Shown: positions 12,643 to 24,882 of the stretch, piece after piece
Layout of the letters: the number at the start of each line of letters is the position of its first letter
Position numbering within the stretch: the stretch's first letter is position 1
Source of the DNA: Selaginella moellendorffii
Lineage: Eukaryota; Plantae; Lycopodiophyta
Assembly: GCF_000143415.4 (NCBI RefSeq)
Contig: NW_003314268.1
Coordinates: 2,922,559 to 2,986,558, forward strand
Length of the DNA stretch: 64,000 nucleotides
Direction: 5' to 3'
Position numbers and translations under genes: made by a program
Notes under the pieces: model-generated
The model's input: the letters and a program-made list of their open reading frames with translations, nothing else
Databases searched by the model: none
What the model was told of the DNA's origin: nothing

Positions 12643-13147
12643 AAGAACCCTAGAAACACCAACGGTCCAGATTTGACGTCGCGATTGAAGAGGTCGAGCT
12701 GCCTTTGCGAAGTGTGGAGCGCTGCCACGCTCCTGTAAATCCCTTCCATATTTCCATCCTCTCTCTCTCCATCGCCTCCTTCCTCGCCCCCGATATCACT
12801 TCTTCCTCCTTCGCTGCTGCTGATGAAGATAATGCTCCTGCTTGTGATGAGTCTCTCACTTCAGCCGGATCTATGGAAGCTGGCGAATAGATCACCGTCT
12901 CCCCCAACATCACAGCCGGGAAGATGGACTGGAGATGGCTCTCGCACTCCCGGACGAACTTGAACAGGAGCTAGGCCTGCTCCAAATGGAATGGAAGAAA
13001 AAAGAAGAAAAGCGATTGCATCATAGAAGAAGCCAAGAGGAAAGATTTCAAGCTTGTATACACCATCTCTCGCCGTGAAATGTAACTAAGTCCTTCCAGA
13101 TATTCCACATCTCCTCATCAAAATAGGAACAACCTGACAAAGAGCTT
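12643..13147 (-). pseudogene. Deleted duplicate of the 3' half of the SPX gene
   Basis: Colinear patches matching 22174-23022 (exon 3, intron 2, exon 2) with many internal deletions. Confidence 0.9.
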
Positions 13148-13559
13148 AACTCACAAGATGTTTAGACTTTACTTTTCTGATTGAAAACACAACAGAGGTA
13201 TTGATCTTGCTGGAGAAAGAGCACCTTGGATGAGATTGGTGCCTACCTCAATAACTCGAGGAGCTTTCATAAGGTTAAGAGTTGAGAGGGAGGCCGGGTT
13301 TTGCTCCTCTTCTGTTCGTCTAAACATTTTTTTGAGCTAGCTTGATTCAAATAGACAAATACTGGGAGCAGCTACCAATCTCTCTCCCTTCAAAGCTGCA
13401 GTGCTTCAAAAGGAGGGGAGATGGCCTAAAGGCACTGCATCATTTGCTGCATTCACATCTGCACCAGCTCAACCATTCCAATCAAGTGGAGCTCCTGGAC
13501 CCTGATGCTGTGCTGCCGTGGCTCATCTACTTGAAAACTAGTATAAATTTAAGTATCCT

Positions 13560-13900
13560 TTCTAGGCTATTGAACAAGGTATTGAAGCAGTTTTTCTCGG
13601 ATGAGTTTGCCCTTGGACTCATTGTGGTGATCATAGTGATGATCATCAGGATGAAGTTCTTCCATCTAGTCTTCCATGACATCTCCTCTGTCAATGAGAT
13701 AATTACGGAGTAGGTAGCAAGCGTAAACAATATCAAGGATAACATTTGGTTGCATTCAGATTTTCGACATAAGAATCTGGAAATTTCCTGTAAAAAGCTT
13801 CATTTTAGAAGATGAAGAGAATTGAAAACAATGCAAACCTCCTAGTAAACCAAATGCACAGTCCACCATTTATCGTCCTTTCAAAAATTTAATTTTGTAG
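13560..13900 (-). mobile_element. PIF/Harbinger DDE transposase C-terminal relic
   Basis: Minus-strand R*MVDCAFGLL ... FQIL...P..I.DIVYACYLLRNYLIDRGD resembles VE.AFG.LK.RF.IL...IV.AC..LHN of DDE_Tnp_4; contains stops. Confidence 0.6.
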
Positions 13901-14799
13901 AGCTTCTTCAGCATACTCAAATTTACTCTTCTTCTGAACAGTGTTACGATTGCAATATTGCATTTTATCTCTTATGAGTTATATGAAAGAGAAATTTTAT
14001 CAAAATTTAATTAAAATTATGGTTTGTCAAAGTGGAATTCAAAAAATTCAATTTAGAATTGCATGATAAAAGTTTTATTAAAATTCTTTATTAAATTAAT
14101 TGAGGTTAGACACCCCAAGACCCAAGACCCAGAGCTCAATTGATGCATGCTCATCACATTCACCACATATTCACCACACGACTGAAACAAGGAGATAAAC
14201 TGAATCACTAAATTGGCTAACTAGGCACCTGGGTTTGAGCACTTGCTTCCATTAGAGCATCCTGATGTATACATAAGTTGAGCAAATCAGTTAGTTCGGA
14301 TGAAAAGAGAGGAGAGATGAAAAAAAAGCCACTACTAAGTGTTCTATGAGCTCCATGACATTAGACTAGCAGGATTAGTGCTTCATGAGCTTGGATTGTT
14401 GCCTATAATCTAAACAAACCAATTAATCTCACAAACACAAAATAAAAGAAGAAGAAGATGATGAAAAACTAATCAATGCTCCATAGGCTGTATTCAATCT
14501 AAACAGTACTTGTTATATTTTCCCATTATATTGAGCTTTCATAAATATTAAAAGGTGAGCTCTCCCATTGATTAGTTTTGTAATTGGTTGGCTTCCACGT
14601 GGTTGGTGGTTGTGGCTGTTTTCTTGCCCAGACAAAAAATAAAATAAAAAATTGGTAAACAAAAAATGCTTTACCAAGTAAAAATTCCTTGGAGAATGCT
14701 TTGCATAGATGCTTGCACCTGTCATGTATGTAGTGCATTGACAGCTTGTATCTTTCGAAAATGTGAACCATCAACTAGTAGACGAGGCATCCCCACCAT

Positions 14800-16560
14800 C
14801 ACCCGTCTTCACCAGTGCCTCCCATGGCACTGTTTCCCCACTTTCTACACGAGCTCTCTGGCCACGGAGTCCTCCATGGCTGCAAGCCATGAGAAGGCAA
14901 ACGAAGGTGATGGCAGTCGGGTTTGCAGCCCTTGTCTAGCGTGCTTGCACAGATGTCATCGGTGTGGCCCTGTGGCAATTATCGTGTTCCAAGCCACCAC
15001 ATCCTTGCTTGCCAAGGGCACGAAGATCTGAGTTCGCAGGGATATCGTCGCTCTCCATTCCGGGCATATATGCCATGCATTGGAGCTGCCAGGATTCCAC
15101 ACGACTTGAGAGCGATGAAGGTCTGTGCTCCAGGCTCCCACTCTCCCAAGAAGAGCTCCAGAGTGAGAGGAAAATCCCGGTTTTCAGCATAGCCGAGGAG
15201 AAGGGCTGTCCAAGAGACGACGTTGTGGTAAGGCATGGTGTCGAAATCCAGCCAAGAATCATCCATAACACTTCCACACTTTACATAGACGTCCATCAGC
15301 GTGTTTGCTAAGAAGGTTGCATTGTCAAGCCAGGCTTCTAGTGCTTGAGAGTGGACCAGTATGGTGTTTTCAAGACTTTGCAGCTTGACTAGCTTCCCAA
15401 CGATCTTTTTATTGTGAGACCGGCACATGTGGCGAGAGCAGCAAGAAAACTGGGCGTATCAGCATTGCATCCTAAGATATTCAATCTGGTTTCTTCCTAG
15501 CCTCTCTCGGTGTAGCCAAGGATGAGTGAGTGCACAACGTCTCCCCCAGGAGCACCGTCAAAAACTTCTTCCAAGCTCCCACACTTGGCGTAAACGTCTA
15601 CCAGGCGGCTGGCCACGAACAAGTCCGAGTCGTAGCATAGGCTGAATGGATCAGTCTTGCTTTCTCCAAAGAAGCGACCTTCGCGAGCTTTCTCGGGCTT
15701 GCTCTCTCACGGCCACGCTCGTCAAGGGCAACTGGAAGTTTCTCGTCTGGTTTGCCAAAGCTAGCTCTCCTGTCCACTATCTGTATAGCCGAGCATCATA
15801 GAAGTCCAAGAGGGCACGGCATCCCATCAAAGAACCTGCTCCGTGTAGGCGGTAGGCTGTCGATGAACATGCTTCCCAAACTGTTCCTCACCCGGACGCA
15901 GTCGAATGCGGGCATGGACGTCCCTGCCTCTTTCCAGAGCTCCCATCTCCGGCTAGAGTTCTCTCCTGGCTGCCAAGCTGCCGCAAGTGTTTAACGCAAT
16001 CACGAAATTCACAGCATGGACTTCGAGCTTCCATCTGAGCAAGCAAATCCAAGGCCATCTCCATCTGCTTGTTCTCAACATATCCGGTCGTGAGCAACGT
16101 CCAGAAGACCTTGTCCCAGTGTTTGATCCCCTCGCAATTCCTCCAAGCTCCCACACTCGATATACATGCTAGCCACGAAACCATCAGTGTCAAACCCACG
16201 CTTGGAAGCTTTCGAGTGAAGAGCCATACCTTTGTGGAGCGAGCTCGTGCTAGGCCTCCTCCTTCGCAGCGACGCTGGAGCAAGCCTTGAGCGCGGCGAT
16301 GAAAGTTTGAGCATTGGGGTGGCAGCCATCAGCCTGCATTTGAGCTCCAGGACCATGTCGCCATGGCCACCGTCCGTGCAACGTCGATGCCGCGCTGGGG
16401 CATCTTGTCGAAGACGGTAAAAGGGCGCCACACTTGGTTGGCCACAAATGGATTGGAGTCGTCCCCGGCGAGGGCAGCATCGGAGCTGCGGGGCCGGAAA
16501 TGCAGTCACAGCTTGATCAACCCTCGCACGAGAATTCTTTGCGGCCATCCAGCGTTGATG
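14800..16560 (-). pseudogene. Frameshifted PLS-class pentatricopeptide repeat (PPR) gene relic
   Basis: PNAQTFIAALKACS, FVASMYIECGSLEE, FVASRLVDVYAKCGSLEE, LANTLMDVYVKCGS, NVVSWTALLLGYAEN, DVVAWNTII scattered over different frames. Confidence 0.85.
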
Positions 16561-17329
16561 GCGCTGTGTCCCAGCCTTGATTAGCGTGATCCGAGGAGAA
16601 TTTTCTCAACCTCTGTCCAGGTCAGGCGTGCGTAGTGATCGCTACAACGTACTTGCAGCACCAAAAGCTGGCTGGATTCTATAGGAAGTTCGTCTCGACA
16701 ACAAGGATTCGAGCGGCGATGGGCTCTCAGGGGATTCGTGGCAGAATTCCTACGTTTCGATTGAGGTTCTGGGAAGGTCGCAATTTCTGCAATGCCAAAG
16801 CCATTTCAACGGTGGCTTAAGACGAGCTGGTCCGGCATGCATTCTCTCCTTGGAGTGAAGAACAGCTACTAACTCATGGATACTAAAAAAAATCTCGGGA
16901 TCGGGCTATCGTGTAATCCTGGAACTGCCAGCAGGAATGCTAGATGACATCGCAGGTTGGAACAGCTGTCTAGTAGCCATTGTCTTTTATGATATGGTAG
17001 ACAACTGAGAAACAGAAGTGAAACACTAAATCTCACTCCCTCTAGAACATTATATGCTCTTTATTCCTATTGTTAATCCATTTTACAGTCTCTCATGATT
17101 TGCAAACATGCTAAGGTTGTGATTGCATCATGACTCTTGACTTTGACCATCCACCACGTGGCAGCTGTGAAGAATATTCTAGGGGATTTACATAATTGTC
17201 CCCAAGCACTCGATCATTGGACAGCAAGGGAATGCCATGGAGGATCACTTTGGTTGCCTGGATTGCAATGAGTTGTTTTGCGCATGGAGGCCTTACATGT
17301 TACAGATGCTGCAGATGGGCTGGTACTTG

Positions 17330-17838
17330 ACTGGTGCTTTTGCATTCGGACACTTGGGAGCAATGTGGCCAGGCTATCAGCAACGAAAGCAGATGATTGG
17401 ACATTTGCATAAATGGGTACTAGATCTGGTGAATAACCTTGTAGAACCAGTGGTGGCAATGGATCTTGAAGGAGCTGGGACTAGACATGGTAGCTGGGAT
17501 GTGTAGGCATGCAAGAAGCTGGCTGAGATGGGGTATTAGGTTTATATATGCAGTGCTTTGATATGTGATTGTTTTGTCTGCAGTGCTGGCACTTAACTCA
17601 AGCTGGTGCAAGACTTGGGCATTCGCTAGGATAATATCCATATCCCTTACAACAAGTACACCAGATGTTCTCACGGTCAGTAATAGGTTGAGGTAGTGTT
17701 TAAACTCCTCAAATCCAGTTAAGCTAAAGTTTCGACATTTTCTTAGCAAGTATTTCCAAGTTGTCATATACTTTGGAGATTTCTTGCAACTATGGCAGAT
17801 TTGAAGACGGCAGGAAGTACATGCTACTGGAGATGGTT
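17330..17838 (-). mobile_element. Retroelement gag/ORF1 relic with three CCHC zinc knuckles
   Basis: Minus strand IWCTCCKGYGYYPSECPS, KCQHCRQNNHISKHC, ICFRC**PGHIAPKCP (CX2CX4HX4C spacing; the first is degenerate). Confidence 0.7.
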
Positions 17839-18125
17839 CTAGGATTAGTGAGTGAAGGATATGGCTGGTACCTGGAACTGTCGATTATAACCACCTTCAG
17901 CAGCATGTACTTTCTGCTGTAGTGACTTCCTCTTCAACTCTGCCACAATTGCAAGAAATCTCTAAAGTATGTGATGACTTAGAAATACTTGCCAAGAAAA
18001 TGTCCAAAGTTTAGTTTAACTGGATTCAAGGAGTCCAGACATCACCTCAACCTGCTACTGACCGCAAGAACATCTGGTGTATTCATTGCAAGGGATATAG
18101 ACATTCTCCCAGCAAATGCCCAAGT
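17613..18125. repeat. Imperfect inverted repeat (arms 17613-17838 and 17889-18125, ~50-nt loop)
   Basis: The reverse complement of the left arm aligns to the right arm, e.g. ctgaccgtgagaacatctggtgta vs ctgaccgcaagaacatctggtgta. Confidence 0.85.
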
Positions 18126-20691
18126 AAGCTCACTAGATCAGTGAGCGAAGGATATGCTTGTGACGCTGCTGATGTTTGCAGGAATGGAAAGGTTGGTGGG
18201 ATCACTGGAGGACTGCCAAGCACAAACGAATGGAGTAGAAAGGCTGCTGGAAGCAAGCCATGCTCAGGCCAGCTTGCTCCCAACCGGAAGCTGTGGAAAT
18301 AGCCTCAGTGAGTGTTATGGGAGTCTGGCTCTTCTTTAAGAAAGCCAATTTGGGAGGCAGGCCATTTGCAAAGAAGTGAACCTGATCCTTCTCGCTAGGA
18401 GGAGGGTGCTTTTTAGTGACTAGTCACTAAAACCAGATGATGAGACTTTGTAAGCTTTCGTTTGGTAGCAATCGAATGTAGTTCCTCACTAACTTCTTGT
18501 GTGAATCCCACAGGTTGGAAAGCAGCAAGAAGGCTGAGTGAAGCAGATCCTAGGTTGCGATACTGGCGGGGGCAGAATGCTGTGCTCGGAGAAGAGCAGC
18601 ATCTTGGAGTGTAGCAGGGAATGAAGGCAATTGGTTTCATTGGCTTCTTGGTTGGCAATGCCAACAGTCTCAAAGGAATTGAGATGTGCATCCACATCAT
18701 TGCCCATGATGGGCAAGAAAGAAGGATACCTCATGCATGTAAAATGCCTTCTTGACAGAGGAGGAATCGGCAGTGGTGGTGGTGGTGGTGGTCCACCTCC
18801 TGATCTACCAAGAGTAGAAACTGAAATGGGTGGAGGAGGAGCTGGTCGTGGAGATGATTTATACTTGCCCCAAGCTTCCTCATCAAGGTCTGGTGGGGAA
18901 GAAGGCTCCTTGCAATGACACTACTTGGTTTAGCTCTCCTTGCTCGAACTCTATAGGCTTGGGCAAGTGATGAGAAATGGCAATTGGGAAACACCCAAGT
19001 CTTTAGAAGCAAAACACCACCTCCAGAACATCATGTAGTTAAGGAGCTCTTTATCTCTATCCTGGCAGCTAATCTCTTGGTAGGTATTTCATTTTTTGAT
19101 ATTTAGGGTTCTTGGTTTGCACTTAGGCAATGGTGACGGTCGGAGTTTACTAGAGCACATGCCATGCAGTGGAGCGCTCCCTTGAGGAGATGCTACCAAA
19201 CGGACAAGACATCAAGCTAGTTGGAGGGAGAGTGTTTAATGTTTATCCCGGGGATGAGTATCTTCACATCCTCCCTGAGGATAAAGAAAATAAGTAAGGA
19301 TTCTTTATTGTTTTAGAAATTTTTCTCAGAAATCTTTGTTATGTTCAGGGGGATTTTCTTGAGGAAAGATTGCTTCCATGATGAAGCAGCTCAACATGCT
19401 GTAGAAATGGAGTATATTGTGGTGGAACTAACAGACCAGAAAGAGAACCTGGAAAAGTATTTCTTCTCTTTTATGTTTTTTCTAAACAATTTTTCTCATG
19501 GTTTTTATTTTATAGGTTGATTACAACTTAAGTATCTAAGTAGGTAGTGCCACTCATACTTAGATTAAGAGCATTGACCAATCTATCTTCCAAGGGAGTT
19601 AAAGCTAAATATCCAGTTGAACGCTAACAATAAAAGGCTACAAGAGCAAGTCAATGTCCTTCAAGTAAAAGTTGACCTCCTTAAAGTAAAAAAATATGAA
19701 TCTGCAAGCAAAAAATATGGATCTTCATAAACGAGTGGTTGAACTAGAAAAGAACCTCTCCTGCATAAGAGCTGTGCAGAGAGAGATTCTAGCGAGTCTC
19801 CAAAAGCTACACCTAGCTAGTGGCTAAACCACCATCTTCTATTGTGACCTCCTTCTTGCACGGAAGAAGTAAGGTAAGCATTCTAGTATTGCTTACTATT
19901 TCTCATTTTTTATTTTTTGTGCAAGTGGCATTTTTTTGGTAAACTTTACAATCAACTTTTGTTTCAGTAAAGCCATAATTCAATATCTCTTTGTTTTTTG
20001 AGTCATTGAGCTTGCCAAAAAATCACTGCAAACCTGCATTGCAGCAAGATCTCTGACCAGGGTTTGTCTCTCTTGCGTTTTGCTGATGCCATGTCCAGGC
20101 TCTAGTGCTTGGGTTTTTGTCCTTGACATTCCCGTTTCCAAGCTTTGGCTGAATACTAGAGGTCCAAGAGATGTGGAGTCTGCTGTGTGGAAATGATGCG
20201 GGTGCAGCCATTGACGAGAGCTAAAGACTGCAAAAACATATCATTCCAAGGGATCTATAATGGCAAACTAAGAAAGTCTATCATCTCTGAACTCCATGTT
20301 GTTCTCTCCAAAAGCAAGCCTCAAACAAGAATGTTTCAGAGTGAGATTTATTCTTGTCTTTGTTGTAGTCCCTTTAAGATCGTTGGATCTTACCCAAATT
20401 TTACTTTGATTATTTTTGCTAGTGGTTTTGGTTTCCCCTTTTTTGTTTTCCTACTATTACTGATACACTATGTTTTTATCAGAGTTGCTGAAGGGTGTGG
20501 AAGGAGTGGACAAATATTCATTTTCTACCATCTACCACCAACCCATAAATACTGCTGAGTACTTATCTCCCTTCTTCTTGTGACCTTCTTCTATTGAAAA
20601 TCTAGTTCTGCACTTAACATATGGATCTTTGCAGACGATTTTAACTCAATTTAAAATTTTAATGCTATTTTAATGCTATATTTGTTTTGCA

Positions 20692-21426
20692 AGAACTACA
20701 TCCACTCCATGTAGAGCTGAAGGCCTTGGTTGCTCGATTCATTGGCAAATCAGATGCAATGGTTTATGGAATGGATTTCACGATCCACTCAACCAAACTA
20801 CCAAGCCTTATATTGGCAAGGGAGGAATTTATGTCGCAAGCTGGTAGGGAGGACTAATTATCAGCAATTCTTTGAACCACACGTCTATTATATTTGAAGC
20901 ACATAGTTCTGGTTCCAAAGTGAAAGTTTTCCAGGACAACTGTAAGCTGTATTGCTCAAGGGCAACCTCGGACTCGGCCTTGGAAAAAGATAATTGTTGT
21001 CATCGAAGATATTTACAGCATAGAGGGTGAAATTTGCAGATTAAAAGAGATAGTGCAAGTCTGCAAAGCCTACAAGGTATTTTTCTCTCTGGATGTCTTC
21101 TAAAACTGTTGGAGTGTACCTTGATGAGGCACACACATTGGAAAGATTGGGAGTCTGCGAGGTTGATCTTGGTTACGTATACAAAGTCTTTGGTTCTTCC
21201 ACGGGATACACTGGGTAAAGTAAGACAACTCCCGTTGCTCAACAAGTAATATCGGCCATGAATGTCATAATTGGTGAAGATGGCACTCATGCTTGCTTAC
21301 AGAGATTGGGATGTCTTATGGGATAGAATGTGCCCCAGGCAGGTGGCTGTTGTGACTGTGGCCTTTCCAGCGACACCCTTACTATAACCACGCTGTTATT
21401 GTTCAGGATATCAGTGAAGTTGGGGA
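20692..21426 (+). pseudogene. Inverted, deletion-riddled duplicate of LCB2
   Basis: Patches match the reverse complement of ~10545-11875, including intron sequence (e.g. gaactacatc..ctccatgtagagct, ccttggaaaaagataattgttgtc, tatcagtgaagttgggga). Confidence 0.9.
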
Positions 21427-21544
21427 TGACAAAGGCATCCTTGCTAAACACCCCCCAATCGTCATTTTCGTAAGTTAATACAAACTCCATGACAAATTAA
21501 ATCTATAAGCAATAATTAAAGGCCATTATTCATCGGCCATGCTT

Positions 21545-22045
21545 CGCAAACTTTATCTTCTACTCACTGTCTTGGGACGCTTCCTCGGGTGCTGCAGTGC
21601 CAGTGTCGTCCTTTCTCAAGAGATCATCTGCCTGGAGTGTGGCCTTTGAGAGCCTCGGCGAGCTCGCGATCAAGCTCCTCCGCAAAGTTCATGGTCATCC
21701 TACTCGGGAATTCACAGGAGAAAACGCAAAGGTATCAGGAAAGAGGAACGATTTCACTGCTAGGTACCTCGTCCGCCACGTCGAGCGCCTCACTCGTTGT
21801 GTTGGTCGTCTCCAGTTGCTTCATGGCCTGTGTAAATGCTCTCCTCTACCTGGGGAATGAAAGAAACAAAGAACACGAAGGACGGACTGAAATGGAAGTT
21901 GAATCTTCATACCTGTAAGTGGGTTCTCGATTTGACACAAGCGCTCGGCCTCGTCTTCCAGAAGCCTGGTAACAATGGGAAGAAAAAAGAAGAGATATTT
22001 AACTAACTTGAGCATATCAACTAGGCTCAATATCCCATGTTCTCC
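21545..22045 (-). pseudogene. Inverted duplicate of the SNAPC5-like gene
   Basis: Matches the reverse complement of ~9910-10477 with introns; exon 2 has a net 20-nt frameshifting deletion. Confidence 0.9.
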
Positions 22046-22274
22046 ATGATTCGGCGAGAATCACAAGCCTCCTGTTAAACACCATCCTGTTGGAGGGGTA
22101 ACATCGTTTTAAAAAAGGTTAACTTTGATTCGACCATAGGCTTGCTTGTAAAGGTCTCGAGCTTCAACTCTCCAAGAACCCTAAACACACCAACGGTCCA
22201 GATTTGACGCGCCAGAAAATATGAAAACCAGGGTACAAGCGCCAGCGAGTTTGTATTCGATCAAGAGCTCGCCG

Positions 22275-23546
22275 CTAGCACGACACAGTGGACTCGTCCA
22301 CCACGACGCCCAGATTCTCCTCGCGATTGAAGAGCGGCAGCGAGAGTGGGCTGTAAGTGGAGCTGCCTTTGCGAAGCTCCTGGATAGTGTGGAGCGCTGC
22401 CACTGTGCTCCTGTAAATCCCTTCCATATTCCCATCCTCCTGCTTTGGGGACGAGCACTCTGCTCTCTCTCCATCGCCTCCTCCCTCGCGCTCGAGATCT
22501 TTTTTTTGTTCTTCCACTTCTTCCTCCTTCGCTGCTGCTGATGAAGATGATCCCACTGCTGCCACCGACGATGATACTCCAGCTTGTGACGAGTCTCTCA
22601 CTTTAGCCGGATCCATGGAAACTGGCGCATCGATCACCGTCTCGCCCAGCATCGCAGCCGGGAAGATGGACTGGAGATTGCTCTCGCACTCCCGGACGAG
22701 CTTGGAGAGGAGCTCCGTCTTGTAAAACGGCTGGTGCAGGACCTTGCGAATGAATGGAAGCCTCAAGAGAGCTCCTGTTGTCTTGTCGTGCTTCTTTAGG
22801 ATTTTCACCAGGCCTGTTCCAAATGGAATGGAAGAGAAAAGAAGAAAAGCGGTTGCTTAGATCATAGAAGAAGCCAAGAGCAAAGATTTCAAGCTTGCGT
22901 GTACCTGTGTAATTGAGCGAGCTATAGTTCTCGAGAAGCACCATCTCCCCGTGAAAGGTGACTAAGTCCTTCCAGATATTAAGCATCTCCTCGTCAAAAT
23001 AGGGACCACCAGACAAAGAGCTTTCGGCGTTTTCCACTCGCGCCCGTTCGATCCTCTCCTTGAGTTCCTGGAAAAGCATTAAACAAGAAGGAAAGAAAAA
23101 AAGGAAGCACGACATCAGCACTTATCCTCCACTAGAGTCTTTGTCGATCGATCAATCGAGCAAAAGAAAAGAAATACCTGCAAGCGAATAACGTATTCCT
23201 CCTCCTTATCGATGAAGAACGCGTTGAATTTCTCGAGCTCCAGGTTGAGCAGCCGGATGAATTCCACCTCCTGGCTCGTGAGCCCCCGCCCCTCTTCATT
23301 CTCCTGGAATTGACGATCCGCATTACTGGCAGCCGGCCCAGTGACGCTGCCGCTGCTCTCGTTGCTGGAATTCGCTGGCCGCCGCCGCTGCTGCTGCTCC
23401 TGGTGGCCGCCAAACGGGTGATCGGTGAAGCACTCGGCCGCGATGAGCTTGAGGCGCTTCTTGAGCTGCTTGTACGAGAGGAATTTGTCCTGCCATTCCG
23501 GCAGCGTCTCCTCGATCTGCTGCTGCAATCGCTTACCGAATTTCAT
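22275..23546 (-). CDS. SPX: SPX-domain protein (class I, phosphate sensor)
   Basis: MKFGKRL...[85 protein letters not shown]; 3 exons. Confidence 0.96.
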
Positions 23547-23612
23547 CACCGCGCGAAGAACCCTAGCTATCTATCATCCACGCCCTGGCGATTAAAGTGA
23601 AGTGGGAAAGGT

Positions 23613-23620
23613 GGATATTC
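23613..23620. promoter_or_regulatory. P1BS (PHR1-binding site) GGATATTC
   Basis: Matches GNATATNC 67 bp upstream of the SPX ATG. Confidence 0.65.
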
Positions 23621-23922
23621 TCGTCAACAAGAAAATACCTCTTTCTCAAGGGACTCGAACCGGGCACCTCTTGCGCCTAGACTTCTCGCAAGAACGCACT
23701 ACCTAATGTCTTGTGGAGTCCACCTAATAAGAACGTAAGAAAAGAGCAATTCAAGTGCAGATAGATTGTCTTCAAAGTTCTCACAGATCTTTCCTCTCTA
23801 GAATTTCTTCCGAGAACATTGCTCGAGATCTTTCGTCTCTGGTAGAGATAACTTGGTCCCTTCCGATTCGCTCTGTAAGTTCTCTGCTGCTCCAACACTT
23901 ATTGCTCCTCTCCGGATCTCCG

Positions 23923-24588
23923 ATGAAGTACCACTTCCTCGCGCTAGCGCTGGCAGCTCTCGCCTGGATAATTCCCAGCTCCAGGTGCCAGAGCGAGCAG
24001 CAGACGAGCTTCGAGTTCTATATGCACGATAACATCTTCGTCTCCAACCCCTCTGGAATCCCGGTAGCCGGAGCAAACGGCAGCACCACAACCTTCGCCT
24101 TTGGCACCGTCATTATCATCGACGACGCCCTCACTCTCGGCCCCTCCCCGACTTCCACATCCTTGGGCCGAGCTCAAGGAACTTACTTGGTCACCTCCCT
24201 CGACGCCTCCACCATTCTTCTCACTTTCACCGCCGTCTTCTCTGACCGGAATGGTACTCTGAGCTTCCATGGATCGGACAAGATAACGGACCCAACTCGA
24301 GAGATCGCCATCGTCGGAGGCACCGGCATCTACAGGTTTGCTCAAGGCTTCGCTGTTATCACCACTACCTCCAGCGTCAACTTCTCGGCAGTCCTCCACT
24401 TCAACGTAACTTTCCAGCACTCGGACGAGATCAGGAGTGGCTCCTCGACATCACCCGGCGGCTCTTCGTCCTCCCCCGGTGGCTCTTCGCCGTCTGGCTC
24501 CTCCGCTGCTTTGTCGTCGCTGAGTTTCTCGTCGTTCTTTGGTGTTCTTGCCATTGCTGGACTGATTCATCGTCGTCTCGCTTGTTAG
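23923..24588 (+). CDS. Dirigent protein with signal peptide and putative GPI-anchor tail
   Basis: FEFYMHD, FGTVIIIDDALT, LGRAQGTY, REIAIVGGTGIYRFAQGFA; followed by a Ser/Gly/Pro linker and hydrophobic C-terminus; intronless. Confidence 0.92.
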   Translation: MKYHFLALALAALAWIIPSSRCQSEQQTSFEFYMHDNIFVSNPSGIPVAGANGSTTTFAFGTVIIIDDALTLGPSPTSTSLGRAQGTYLVTSLDASTILLTFTAVFSDRNGTLSFHGSDKITDPTREIAIVGGTGIYRFAQGFAVITTTSSVNFSAVLHFNVTFQHSDEIRSGSSTSPGGSSSSPGGSSPSGSSAALSSLSFSSFFGVLAIAGLIHRRLAC

Positions 24589-24882
24589 TTGCTGTTGCTT
24601 CGGTCAGTTTCGTTTTCGCTTGGCAATAAACTCGTGTTCCTGTAGCTATTCTTCGATGTCCACTTCGTCTTCCACTAGCTCGGCTTTTCGGTGCTTTTCG
24701 GTTGTCACGCATATGGCATCGACCAAGACGTTCAGTCTGGAAGAACAGAAGAGAAAAGGATAGTGAATCGTCAAAATCTCTTGCAAAGTTTTCTCTCTTA
24801 GAAAAGCCCACGCGGGGATGGACGAAAGCAACTACCTAGCTACCACCACCACCAACCTTTAGAAAGTGGAAGTCAAAACTCC

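Noticed and set aside
8403-24588. Possible phenylpropanoid cluster (CCR-like + dirigent)
   Set aside because: 14 kb apart with unrelated genes between them, and the reductase lacks the CCR NWYCY motif.
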